Assembly: GCA_050331735.1 (NCBI GenBank)
Contig: JBHJGN010000057.1
Span: forward strand, 1-64,000
Direction of reading: 5' to 3'
Origin: Cyanophyceae cyanobacterium
GTDB taxonomy: Bacteria; Cyanobacteriota; Cyanobacteriia; Cyanobacteriales; JBHJGN01
DNA: 64,000 bases
The number at the start of each line of letters is the position of its first letter. Position 1 is the first letter of the stretch. Below, piece by piece: positions 19,967 through 29,173 of the stretch. Made by a program: the position numbers and the translations under genes. The notes under the pieces are model-generated. The model had not been told where the DNA came from. It saw only the letters and a list, made by a program, of their open reading frames with translations, and made no database searches.

Positions 19967-21148
19967 TTAGCGATCGACTGACCCCATAATGATGTCAATG
20001 CTGCCGAGGATAACGACGATATCAGCTACTTTGACTCCTTTGAGGAGAGTAGGCAGGATTTGAAGATTGTTGAAATCGGCAGAGCGAATTTTCCAGCGCC
20101 AGGGAAAGACAGTATTATTACCGAGGATAAAGATACCGAGTTCTCCTTTGCCACTCTCGATGCGGACGTAGTGTTCTCCCTGCGGAATTTTAAAAGTGGG
20201 AGCAATTTTTTTGCCCAGGAACTGATAGTCAAACGTATTCCACTCGGATTTGGGATCGTCTAGCCGCTTCGCTTCCAGGTTTTCTGTTGCACCGCCCGGA
20301 ATCTGGGCGATCGCCTGACGAATAATTTTCACCGACTCGCGCATTTCGCCCAGTCGGACTCGATATCTGGCCAGACAATCTCCGGTCGTTTCCCATTGCA
20401 CCTGCCAATCAAACTCGTCGTAGCACTCGTAGGAATCTATTTTGCGGAGATCCCACCTGACCCCTGAAGCCCGCAACATGGGGCCAGAAAGACCCCAGTT
20501 TAGTGCTTCGGTACGAGAAATTGTCCCAATTCCTTCCACCCGCCGGCGAAAGATGGGGTTATCGGTAATTAGTCGTTCGTATTCGTTAATTCTCGCCTCA
20601 AAGTAGTCGCAGAAGTCGGCGCATTTATCCAGCCAGCCATAAGGTAAGTCTACCGCGACACCGCCGGGTCGCCAGTAATTGTTATTGACCAGGCGCGATC
20701 CGGTGGCTGCTTCCCAGAGATCGTAAATCATCTCTCGTTCCCGAAAGATATAGAAGAAAGGAGTGCCTGCTCCCATGTCTAGCATGAATGGACCGAGCCA
20801 CAGTAAATGATTGGCAATCCGGTTGAGTTCTAGCATAAGTACGCGGATGTAGCTAGCGCGTTTGGGAACCCGAAGATTAGCGAGTTGTTCTACGGCATTG
20901 ACTGTCACCGCTTCGTTGAACATTCCGGCGGCGTAGTCCCAGCGGCTGACGTAGGGAATGTACATAATTGGGGTGCGATTTTCCGCAATTTTCTCCATTC
21001 CCCGATGTAGATAACCAATGACGGGTTCGCAATCAACCACCTCTTCTCCATCTAGCGTCACGACTAGACGAAAACAGCCGTGCATAGATGGATGATGCGG
21101 TCCCATATTGAGAACCATTGGTTCTGTTTTCGTTTCAATAATTGCCAT
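19967..21148 (-). CDS. ndhH: NAD(P)H-quinone oxidoreductase subunit H (divergent copy)
   Basis: [44 protein letters not shown] before ATG 21148. Confidence 0.93.
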   Translation of the reverse strand: MAIIETKTEPMVLNMGPHHPSMHGCFRLVVTLDGEEVVDCEPVIGYLHRGMEKIAENRTPIMYIPYVSRWDYAAGMFNEAVTVNAVEQLANLRVPKRASYIRVLMLELNRIANHLLWLGPFMLDMGAGTPFFYIFREREMIYDLWEAATGSRLVNNNYWRPGGVAVDLPYGWLDKCADFCDYFEARINEYERLITDNPIFRRRVEGIGTISRTEALNWGLSGPMLRASGVRWDLRKIDSYECYDEFDWQVQWETTGDCLARYRVRLGEMRESVKIIRQAIAQIPGGATENLEAKRLDDPKSEWNTFDYQFLGKKIAPTFKIPQGEHYVRIESGKGELGIFILGNNTVFPWRWKIRSADFNNLQILPTLLKGVKVADIVVILGSIDIIMGSVDR

Positions 21149-21307
21149 CGTCACCACCTCAATCGATGCTTTTGTCCCAACTAGTATCGAAAGTAGAGGC
21201 GCAAGAGTCTTGTCGATTCGTCCGATTTTTGGATATTCTTCCTACCAATTAATAATCAAGAAACCGTCAGCAACGAGCAAACGGCGAATCTTTACTAGGG
21301 AAGCCCT

Positions 21308-22225
21308 CTAACTGTTTTGTTGAAACTCTTTCGGTGTCACTCCAACTAAACGCTTGAAGTGACGATGCAAATGACTTTGATCGCTAAAACCAACTTCTGT
21401 CGCCACCTCAGAAATCGGTAGTTTCTTCAGCAGCACTTTGGCTCGTTCAATCCGGCAGCGAATGACATACTGGTGAGGTGTTACCCCTGTAGACTGTTTG
21501 AAAAGTTGAGAGAAGTAGTGAGGACTGATACCAGTGACTGCCGCTAGCTCTCTTAAGCTTAAATCTTGGTCGAGATGAGCATTAATGTAGTCAACGACCT
21601 GCCGCAACTTCCCAGCCAATAAACCACCGGAATAGGCTGGAAGTTGCGGCATCTGGGCGGAGTAGTGCTGCAACAGATGCACAATCAATGTGCTGGTCAG
21701 AGTATCTGCGTAAAGGCGACTTGCGGGACGATAATTTGTTAATGCTCCTTTGAGGGCTAATCCAATCTGATGCACTAGCGGATCTGGAGTGGCAAAGTGA
21801 GGAACGAGTTCAGCAGAAATCTCAGCCTCGTCAGCAGATTGAATAAATTTTGCTGTTTCAAAACTGATTAATACAGCGCCTCCAGGGACATTCCATTCAG
21901 AGCGATTCCAGGTATGGGCCGGAATTACTAGGATGTCTCCCTCTGCAACTCTTTCACGCCGAAATTGACCATCGATCGAGCGTTCGGCTTGCGCTGGTGT
22001 GGGCAGATCGACCAAGATAGCAATACTGTGCTGCTTACTGCACACTTCTGGGGTGTATCCCGGCGGTAGGTAGTCGTAGGCAGCATAAATACCGTCCCAG
22101 CCGGTAGATAGACTGCTGAGCAGCGGTAGTTGGGAAAAAATGCGTCGGTATCCCGTTTCTTTCTCCTGAGCAAAGTCAACGGTAACTGATCGGTCTAACA
22201 TAGCGATCGCGGGACTCTCTGCCAC
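21308..22225 (-). CDS. AraC family transcriptional regulator
   Basis: C-terminal HTH pair: SPHYFSQLFKQSTGVTPHQY, VGFSDQSHLHRHFKR. Confidence 0.92.
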   Translation of the reverse strand: MAESPAIAMLDRSVTVDFAQEKETGYRRIFSQLPLLSSLSTGWDGIYAAYDYLPPGYTPEVCSKQHSIAILVDLPTPAQAERSIDGQFRRERVAEGDILVIPAHTWNRSEWNVPGGAVLISFETAKFIQSADEAEISAELVPHFATPDPLVHQIGLALKGALTNYRPASRLYADTLTSTLIVHLLQHYSAQMPQLPAYSGGLLAGKLRQVVDYINAHLDQDLSLRELAAVTGISPHYFSQLFKQSTGVTPHQYVIRCRIERAKVLLKKLPISEVATEVGFSDQSHLHRHFKRLVGVTPKEFQQNS

Positions 22226-22375
22226 TAACCTATCATGAACGGCTTGATACAGCCGTTCCGCTTAACGGCTCTTTTTGTTTTAATACTAGATGAAACAAAA
22301 GCTGAGTCAAGAGAAATTTACTTGCTGAGGGCGATCGCTTTTCTACAATAAAACTAGAGTTGGTAGGTTAGGGAT

Positions 22376-25300
22376 ATGGGGCGGATTGTACTGATTGCTG
22401 GGTTTGAATCGTTTAATGCCAACCTGTATCGAACGGGGGCACAGTTGGCAACGTCTCGGTGTCCTGGCTTAGAGGTGCAGGTGTTTAGCGATCGCTCTCT
22501 TACCGCCGCACCAGAACGGGTCGAAGCCGCCCTTCAGGAGGCCCAGGTCTTCTTTGCTAGCTTGGTGTTTGATTACGACCAGGTGGTGTGGCTGCGAGAA
22601 CGAGTGCAGCATATTCCCATTCGCCTCATTTTTGAATCTGCCTTGGAATTGATGAGTTTGACGCAGCTTGGGAAGTTCGCCATCGGGGACAAACCGAAAG
22701 GGATGCCCAAACCGGTTAAATTCATCCTCAGCAAATTCTCCAACGGCGCTGAAGAAGACAAACTCGCAGGCTACATTAGCTTCCTGAAAACGGGACCAAA
22801 ACTGCTGAAGTATATTCCGGCCAAAAAAGTTCAGGATCTCCGCAACTGGCTGATCATTTACGGCTACTGGAACGCTGGCGGGACAGAGAACTTTGCTGCG
22901 ATGTGCTGGACCATTGCTGAGAAATACCTGGGGCTAGACGTTGGCACTATTCCTGCCCCCGTTGAAACCCCCAACATGGGACTGCTGCATCCCGATTACG
23001 AAGGCTTTTTTACCTCGCCGCGTCAGTATTTGGAGTGGTATCAGAGTCATTCAATCGAAATTCAAAATTCACAACCATGTGTTGGTATTCTGCTCTATCG
23101 CAAGCATGTGATTACTAAGCAGCCGTATATTGCTCAACTGATTCGGCATTTTGAAGCGGAGGGGTTGATGCCACTGCCAATCTTTTTGAATGGGGTTGAG
23201 GGTCATGTGGCGGTTCGAGACTGGATGACAACAGCCCACGAAACCGAACAGCGACAGCAAGGGAATGTTGAAACTCCTTCCCTATCGCCTGATGCTGTCG
23301 CCGTGGATGCGATTGTATCAACGATTGGCTTTCCTCTCGTAGGCGGACCAGCGGGGTCGATGGAGGCGGGGCGACAGGTAGAAGTCGCTAAACGCATCTT
23401 AAAAGTGAAAAACGTCCCCTATCTAGTGGCAGCCCCGCTACTAATTCAAGACCTGCATTCCTGGACCCGGCAAGGAATCGGTGGACTGCAAAGCGTGGTC
23501 CTCTATTCCCTGCCGGAACTAGACGGGGCTATTGATACAGTTCCTTTGGGTGGGTTAGTGGGTGAAGATATCTACCTGATTCCAGAACGCTTAAAGCGAC
23601 TGACAGGGAGACTGAAAAGCTGGATGAAGCTGCGGCAAACGCCTCCGTCTGAGCGAAAAATTGCCGTAATCCTCTACGGGTTTCCGCCTGGGTACGGGGC
23701 GACGGGAACCGCTGCGCTGTTGAACGTACCGCGATCGCTAGTTAATTTCCTAGAAGCCCTCAAGCAGGCAGGCTATACGGTGGGAGAAGTCCCGGATGGG
23801 GAAGAACTGATTCAGCGGGTGAAAGAGGCGGACGAGGCGACGACCCTAGCAGGACAACCGACGGTTAATGTCAAGACGTTAGAACAGTGGTTGGGTTATC
23901 TGCTCACCACTCGCATCGAAAAGCAGTGGCAAACTCTGACCGGAACGGGGATTAAAACGACTGGCGATCAGTTTCAGGTTGGGGGCGTACAGCTTGGTAA
24001 CGTGTGGATTGGGGTGCAGCCTCCTTTAGGAATTGCTGGCGACCCAATGCGGCTGATGTTTGAACGGGATCTGACCCCCCATCCGCAATACGCCGCGTTT
24101 TACCAGTGGCTACAGCACGAATTTTGTGCCGATGCTGTGGTTCACTTCGGCATGCACGGAACGGTGGAGTGGCTGCCCGGATCGCCGTTGGGGAACACGG
24201 GCTACTCTTGGTCAGATGTTCTGCTGGGAAATTTACCGAATTTGTATATCTATGCTGCTAATAACCCCTCGGAGTCAATTTTGGCAAAGCGCCGAGGCTA
24301 CGGAGTGCTGGTGTCTCACAACGTTCCGCCCTACAGTCGGGCCGGGTTGTACAAAGAGCTAATGGCGCTGCGAGAGTTAATCAGCGAGTATCGGGAAGAT
24401 CCCCAGAAGAACACGGCCCTGAGAGACGCAATTTGCCAGAAGATCGTTGATACTGGTTTAGCCGCTGATTGTCCCTTTGCTGAAGCCAAAAAATCAGGCA
24501 TGGCTTTTACAGTGGACAATGCCCGTCTGTTTAGCAACAATGCCCTCAACAGCTATTTTGTTGAGGTCTATGAGTACTTGCAGGTATTAGAACAGCGGCT
24601 ATTCTCTTTAGGACTGCATGTATTCGGAGAAGTCCCTAACGAGGAGGAAATGCATTCATACCTAGAAGCTTATTTTGGGGAATCCTCCAATGGCCCAATC
24701 TCCCCCTCTCGCCGAGAAGAAGCGTCCCGGATTCGCAATCTGCTTGAGCAAACAACCCAGGAGATTACAAACCTCTTACGGGGACTCAATGGGGAGTATA
24801 TTCCCCCCGCCCCAGGAGGCGATCTCCTGCGGGATGGTCCGGGGGTGTTGCCGACAGGACGAAACATTCATGCCTTAGACCCCTATCGGATGCCCTCTCC
24901 CGCCGCCACTGCTAGAGGACGGGACATTGCTCGCAAGCTGATTGCCCAACACCTAGATGAACAGGGGACATACCCGGAAACGGTAGCGGTAATGCTGTGG
25001 GGACTAGATGCTATTAAAACGAAAGGCGAGTCTTTAGGGATTGTGCTGGAACTGGTGGGGGCAGAACCGCTGAAGGAAGGCACTGGAAGAATTGTCCGCT
25101 ACGAGTTGAAGCCCGTTGCCGAAGTAGGTCATCCTCGGATCGACGTGCTAGCTAATCTGTCGGGCATCTTCCGGGATAGCTTCGTCAACGTTATTGAATT
25201 GCTAGACGATCTCTTTAGTCGGGCAGCCCAGGCGGAGGAGTCGGAGGCAGAAAACTTTATTCGCAAGCATGCACTGATGCTCCAGGAGCAAGGAATAGAG

Positions 25301-26044
25301 AATGCTTCGGCCCGACTGTTTTCTAATCCCGCTGGAGATTTTGGCTCCCTAGTCAACGACCAGGTGGTAGACGGCAACTGGGAATCAGAAGCCGAACTCG
25401 CTGACACTTGGCAACGCCGCAACGGGTTTAGCTACGGACGCCAAGATCGAGGACAGGCCCGCCCGGAGGTATTGCAGCAGCTATTGCAGGGGTGCGATCG
25501 CATTGTGCAGGAAATTGATTCGGTAGAATACGGCCTCACGGATATTCAGGAATACTACGCCAATACCGGAGCGCTCAAGCAGGCGGCTGAACGACAAAGT
25601 GGCAAAAAAGTCAATACTTCTTTCGTCGAGAGTTTTTCTCAGGATACGACTCCCCGCAAGCTAGAAGAGTTGCTGCGCCTAGAGTACCGGACTAAGTTGC
25701 TCAATCCAAAATGGGCAGAGGCAATGGCAGATCAGGGTTCGGGCGGTGCTTACGAAATTTCTCAGCGGCTGACCGCCCTGATTGGCTGGGGCGGTACGGT
25801 TAACTTCAAGGATCGTTGGGTTTACGATCAGGCGGTAGATACCTATGCCCTCGATCCAAGAATGGCGCAGAAGCTGCAAGCAGCAAATCCAGAAGCGTTT
25901 CGCAACATTGTTGGACGCATGCTAGAGGCTCACGGGCGCGGCTTTTGGGAGGCAGATTCAGAAAAGTTAGCCAAGCTGCGGGAACTGTATGCTTTAACGG
26001 ATGAAGAACTCGAAGGTGTTAATGCGAGCGTCCTTGGTAGTTAG
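22376..26044 (+). CDS. bchH: Magnesium chelatase subunit H (shorter BchH-type paralogue)
   Basis: GFPLVGGPAG, HFGMHGTVEWLPG, AANNPSESILAKRR, LPTGRNIHALDP, RTKLLNPKW; 1222 aa. Confidence 0.88.
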   Translation: MGRIVLIAGFESFNANLYRTGAQLATSRCPGLEVQVFSDRSLTAAPERVEAALQEAQVFFASLVFDYDQVVWLRERVQHIPIRLIFESALELMSLTQLGKFAIGDKPKGMPKPVKFILSKFSNGAEEDKLAGYISFLKTGPKLLKYIPAKKVQDLRNWLIIYGYWNAGGTENFAAMCWTIAEKYLGLDVGTIPAPVETPNMGLLHPDYEGFFTSPRQYLEWYQSHSIEIQNSQPCVGILLYRKHVITKQPYIAQLIRHFEAEGLMPLPIFLNGVEGHVAVRDWMTTAHETEQRQQGNVETPSLSPDAVAVDAIVSTIGFPLVGGPAGSMEAGRQVEVAKRILKVKNVPYLVAAPLLIQDLHSWTRQGIGGLQSVVLYSLPELDGAIDTVPLGGLVGEDIYLIPERLKRLTGRLKSWMKLRQTPPSERKIAVILYGFPPGYGATGTAALLNVPRSLVNFLEALKQAGYTVGEVPDGEELIQRVKEADEATTLAGQPTVNVKTLEQWLGYLLTTRIEKQWQTLTGTGIKTTGDQFQVGGVQLGNVWIGVQPPLGIAGDPMRLMFERDLTPHPQYAAFYQWLQHEFCADAVVHFGMHGTVEWLPGSPLGNTGYSWSDVLLGNLPNLYIYAANNPSESILAKRRGYGVLVSHNVPPYSRAGLYKELMALRELISEYREDPQKNTALRDAICQKIVDTGLAADCPFAEAKKSGMAFTVDNARLFSNNALNSYFVEVYEYLQVLEQRLFSLGLHVFGEVPNEEEMHSYLEAYFGESSNGPISPSRREEASRIRNLLEQTTQEITNLLRGLNGEYIPPAPGGDLLRDGPGVLPTGRNIHALDPYRMPSPAATARGRDIARKLIAQHLDEQGTYPETVAVMLWGLDAIKTKGESLGIVLELVGAEPLKEGTGRIVRYELKPVAEVGHPRIDVLANLSGIFRDSFVNVIELLDDLFSRAAQAEESEAENFIRKHALMLQEQGIENASARLFSNPAGDFGSLVNDQVVDGNWESEAELADTWQRRNGFSYGRQDRGQARPEVLQQLLQGCDRIVQEIDSVEYGLTDIQEYYANTGALKQAAERQSGKKVNTSFVESFSQDTTPRKLEELLRLEYRTKLLNPKWAEAMADQGSGGAYEISQRLTALIGWGGTVNFKDRWVYDQAVDTYALDPRMAQKLQAANPEAFRNIVGRMLEAHGRGFWEADSEKLAKLRELYALTDEELEGVNASVLGS

Positions 26045-26066
26045 TCCTTTGTCCGAAAACCCATGC

Positions 26067-26147
26067 TAGTCATTGAGGGCACTCTTGGCGGGGCGGCTCT
26101 CCTTCCTATACCCTAAATGAGTAGACTTCCCCGCCGCTTTGAATGAC
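26067..26147. mobile_element. Possible IS200/IS605-type end remnant (palindromic)
   Basis: GTCATT/AATGAC and GGCGGGG/CCCCGCC arms around CCCTAAA; resembles cyanobacterial IS605 subterminal hairpins; no transposase nearby. Confidence 0.35.
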
Positions 26148-26337
26148 CGACCGAGGGGGTCGAGCTTGGGTTAGTGGTTTCCCTTGATAGTGACTAATAT
26201 GAAATAGAAGAAAACATGCTACAGATGCATTTTCTTTCCCTCTCCTGCCTCTTGACTACCATCTGTAGCAAACATTAAGCAATTTCATATAACCACTAAC
26301 TCTTGACTCGACGCTCTTAGCAGGGTCTGGTTCTTGT

Positions 26338-27066
26338 CTACACTTCGTCTCGCTTTCGCTGAGACGCTTTTTTCTTCAACAAGATGCCCAACCCTAAAGC
26401 TGTCCCTGTCCCGAGAATCGTCAGAGGCTCAGGGACCGGTTCCACTCGGTCTCGAGAAGTACCAACTTTGATCTGCGTAGCGAGTTGACTTCTGCCCACT
26501 GAATCAAAATCAGATAGAGTGACGTCTCCTGAGAGCGTAAATTGCTCAGAAAAATCAGAAATAATCGCGTAATTTGCCTGATTACCAACCGCGGTCAGCT
26601 CCGCACTGCTGCCGTCCTCATCGGCGAGAACAACGTTATCAATAGCCAGATTGGTCAGCGAGATGGAAGATTCCCCCTGAGAGCGATTACGAAGATAAAT
26701 GATATCCACCGGATCCCTAAAAAAATCGCTGGTTAAAGTCTGACCACCAAGCACATATTCAACAGTCTCTCCATCATAAGCAACAGTAAAAGGAACGGCT
26801 TGACCGCTCGTGTAGACCCGCTGACCTTCCGCGACGGGAGCTTCGTCAGGAGGCGCGGTGATGCCAAACTCTCTATCTCCGCTATTGCCGTTATTGCCAA
26901 TACGAGCTTCAGCAACAAACACTGGATTAAACTGACCGTTGCTAATGAGCTGGTTGTATTCGTCATCTGTAAGATCTGGCTTTTGAAAACTCGCGGCTAT
27001 AGCGGTAGCCGGAATTGCTAGGGTTACTAGCGTTGCCAGAGTTGCTGAAAAAATCTGAATCCTCAT
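26338..27066 (-). CDS. PEP-CTERM sorted surface protein (choice-of-anchor W-like domain)
   Basis: Signal peptide; C-terminal VPEPLTILGTGTALGLGILLKKK. Confidence 0.88.
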   Translation of the reverse strand: MRIQIFSATLATLVTLAIPATAIAASFQKPDLTDDEYNQLISNGQFNPVFVAEARIGNNGNSGDREFGITAPPDEAPVAEGQRVYTSGQAVPFTVAYDGETVEYVLGGQTLTSDFFRDPVDIIYLRNRSQGESSISLTNLAIDNVVLADEDGSSAELTAVGNQANYAIISDFSEQFTLSGDVTLSDFDSVGRSQLATQIKVGTSRDRVEPVPEPLTILGTGTALGLGILLKKKASQRKRDEV

Positions 27067-27429
27067 ACCTAAATCAAGCTTCCTCCGGGCTAAGTGGTTC
27101 TGATTTGACGTTTCGGCTGCATCATTTTAGCGAAGATCATATCAGGTATGCTCTCATAAATCAGAGAATAGAGGTCATTTAAGTCACATTTAACCGAATT
27201 GACGGCTTTTTTACTTGGGTTACCGAGATCCTGAAACGACAGTAGTGCGGCATCAGGGGCAAGATAGATTGAGGCTTGAGGCTTCGACTCAAATTGCTGT
27301 CGCGAGTCAAACTTTCCCTTGATGCGTCGAGCCCCGAGATTTTCAATCAGGGAATAGGCCAAAAAAAATAGGCAGGACTATTCCCACCTTTGAATGAGCG
27401 ATTCGATGTCTCTCAACTGACTGTAGACT

Positions 27430-27951
27430 TTACCGACGATGTCCTAGCCACTTACTAGCCACAACTCCCATAATGGCTCCTACTAAGGGGTTACTGAGAA
27501 ATTTAATCAAGGCTGGCTGATCGGCCATCACTTCCTGAAAGATATCGGGATGGCTATGGTAGGCAAAGCTTGCTAGTTTGCTCACGTCATCAGCGTCCAT
27601 GCGTCTCGCATGATGAGTGGAAAGACCAAGCTGTTGCTCGAGCTGTTTTTCACTGAGTCCCCTTTCTTTGAGATGCTTAAAAAACTCTCTGGCAACATCA
27701 TCTCTTTCATTGGGTTTGATTTGAGAAATGGCCTGACGCAGTTCCGGCTCCATTTGGCTAGTCGGAATTCGCTCTGGATGAAGTGAGCGACCAAACAGGC
27801 TTTTGCGTTCGTCGCGCGAGGAGCGCTGGGCAAAATCATCAAAATTCTCGTATTCTTGCTGAGGATTAGCGGGGGTACTGTCGAGCGACTCCACATTTCC
27901 CTGCGCTAGATCCTTCATAATTTCTCGCTTATAGCGATCGCTACTGCTCAT
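27430..27951 (-). CDS. Conserved hypothetical protein (csbD cluster)
   Basis: 173 aa ORF with GGAG RBS and C-terminal amphipathic segment. Confidence 0.75.
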   Translation of the reverse strand: MSSSDRYKREIMKDLAQGNVESLDSTPANPQQEYENFDDFAQRSSRDERKSLFGRSLHPERIPTSQMEPELRQAISQIKPNERDDVAREFFKHLKERGLSEKQLEQQLGLSTHHARRMDADDVSKLASFAYHSHPDIFQEVMADQPALIKFLSNPLVGAIMGVVASKWLGHRR

Positions 27952-28001
27952 ATTATCTCCTTACTTTCTTCAATCCTTCTTGGCAGTCGAAGCTTAATCG
28001 G

Positions 28002-28436
28002 TTACTGATACTGAATCTGATTCGACTGCTGATCGTACTGAGCAGTCAGAATCAATTTTTTATCGGGAGCGTACATTAACACGGTGAGGTCTTGACTGGG
28101 AAAGTTGCGATGAAAACCCTGGGCAAGCGATCGCGCTAGCGGACGCACTTCGTTAGGCTCAACCTGAGGCGAAATCACCACCCCTAACTTATTGTTGTCC
28201 CGCACGTAGGCATCCTGAATCAAACCTTGGCTCGTCTGCACGACCCAATCTCCAAACTGCTGCCCCTGCGGGGTACTGCCACGCTCAATTTGCGAATACA
28301 CCTGACCGTTGCTTCCTGGCGGTAGCTGTTCGATTCGCTGCGCCGTCGGCGCACTCGCACAGGCTGTGGCAATTGTTAACACTAAAGTCAAAGCAATCGC
28401 CGATAAAAACCGACGACTCTTACTCATAAAATTCAC
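28002..28436 (-). CDS. Hypothetical lipoprotein
   Basis: Signal peptide ending IATAC; DAYVRDNNKLGVVI; GGAGAGG RBS. Confidence 0.75.
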   Translation of the reverse strand: MNFMSKSRRFLSAIALTLVLTIATACASAPTAQRIEQLPPGSNGQVYSQIERGSTPQGQQFGDWVVQTSQGLIQDAYVRDNNKLGVVISPQVEPNEVRPLARSLAQGFHRNFPSQDLTVLMYAPDKKLILTAQYDQQSNQIQYQ

Positions 28437-28651
28437 TTTTGTCCTCTCCCAAGTAGCTGATTAAAATAACTGCTGTTCCGAATATTTTTCCTGAGTAAGG
28501 GGAGATAGCAGTTTAGCTACCTCCCATTTCATTCACTAAACCTTCACCCGGAAAAAGTGCCTCTTTCAAAGGAGCTGAGTCTTACGGACACGCGTTTGCG
28601 TTCGCTATCCGGGTGCGGCGTTTAGTAAGCTAAAAAGTGCCTATTCCAGGT

Positions 28652-28834
28652 CTAGTTGAGCTTTTCTTTGACGCTATCTTTAACATCCTCTTTAGCATGC
28701 TGCGCTTGAGCTTCGGTTTGCTTGGCTTGGCCTTCAGCTTTATCTTCCGGATCGCCTGTTACATTGCTCATCGCCTCTTGCGCTTTTCCTTCAATGTTTT
28801 TAGCGGTTGCTTTAGCTCTATCTTCTGTACTCAT
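28652..28834 (-). CDS. csbD: CsbD family stress protein
   Basis: EDRAKATAKNIEGKAQEAMSNVTGD..KAEGQAKQ. Confidence 0.9.
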   Translation of the reverse strand: MSTEDRAKATAKNIEGKAQEAMSNVTGDPEDKAEGQAKQTEAQAQHAKEDVKDSVKEKLN

Positions 28835-29173
28835 TTATATTTCTCCTGATCTGTAATTCTGAACGTTATTATTCAAGATGAATTTAATAACTTTCTCAGT
28901 ACAGTTATTAGTGTAGTAAAAACAACCATTCTTTATTTTCTTCCCAAAGGCATAATTGTTTGTGGATGGTTATTTTAATGACTACTTACTTTGAAAGAGA
29001 AGGTTCACCAAGACACTCCTGAGAGCAAGAATTATTTGTGCCTCGAAATTTAATATTTCTTTGTAAAAAAATCAAAGCTAAAGAAGATTAAATTCCTCAC
29101 AGTCAGCGCAAGCTGACATCATCAAAGCCTTCTCCCTAAAAAGTCGCTCTGGGAATTCGGTTGATCCCCTTCC

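Noticed and set aside
27090..27362. 90-aa ORF upstream of the PEP-CTERM gene and the many short antisense ORFs in the track
   Set aside because: TTG start in a probable promoter region or shadow frames of well-supported genes; no motifs
28570..28600. Hammerhead ribozyme in the csbD downstream element
   Set aside because: GTCCGTAAGAC resembles stem II but the CUGANGA and GAAA core elements are not correctly placed
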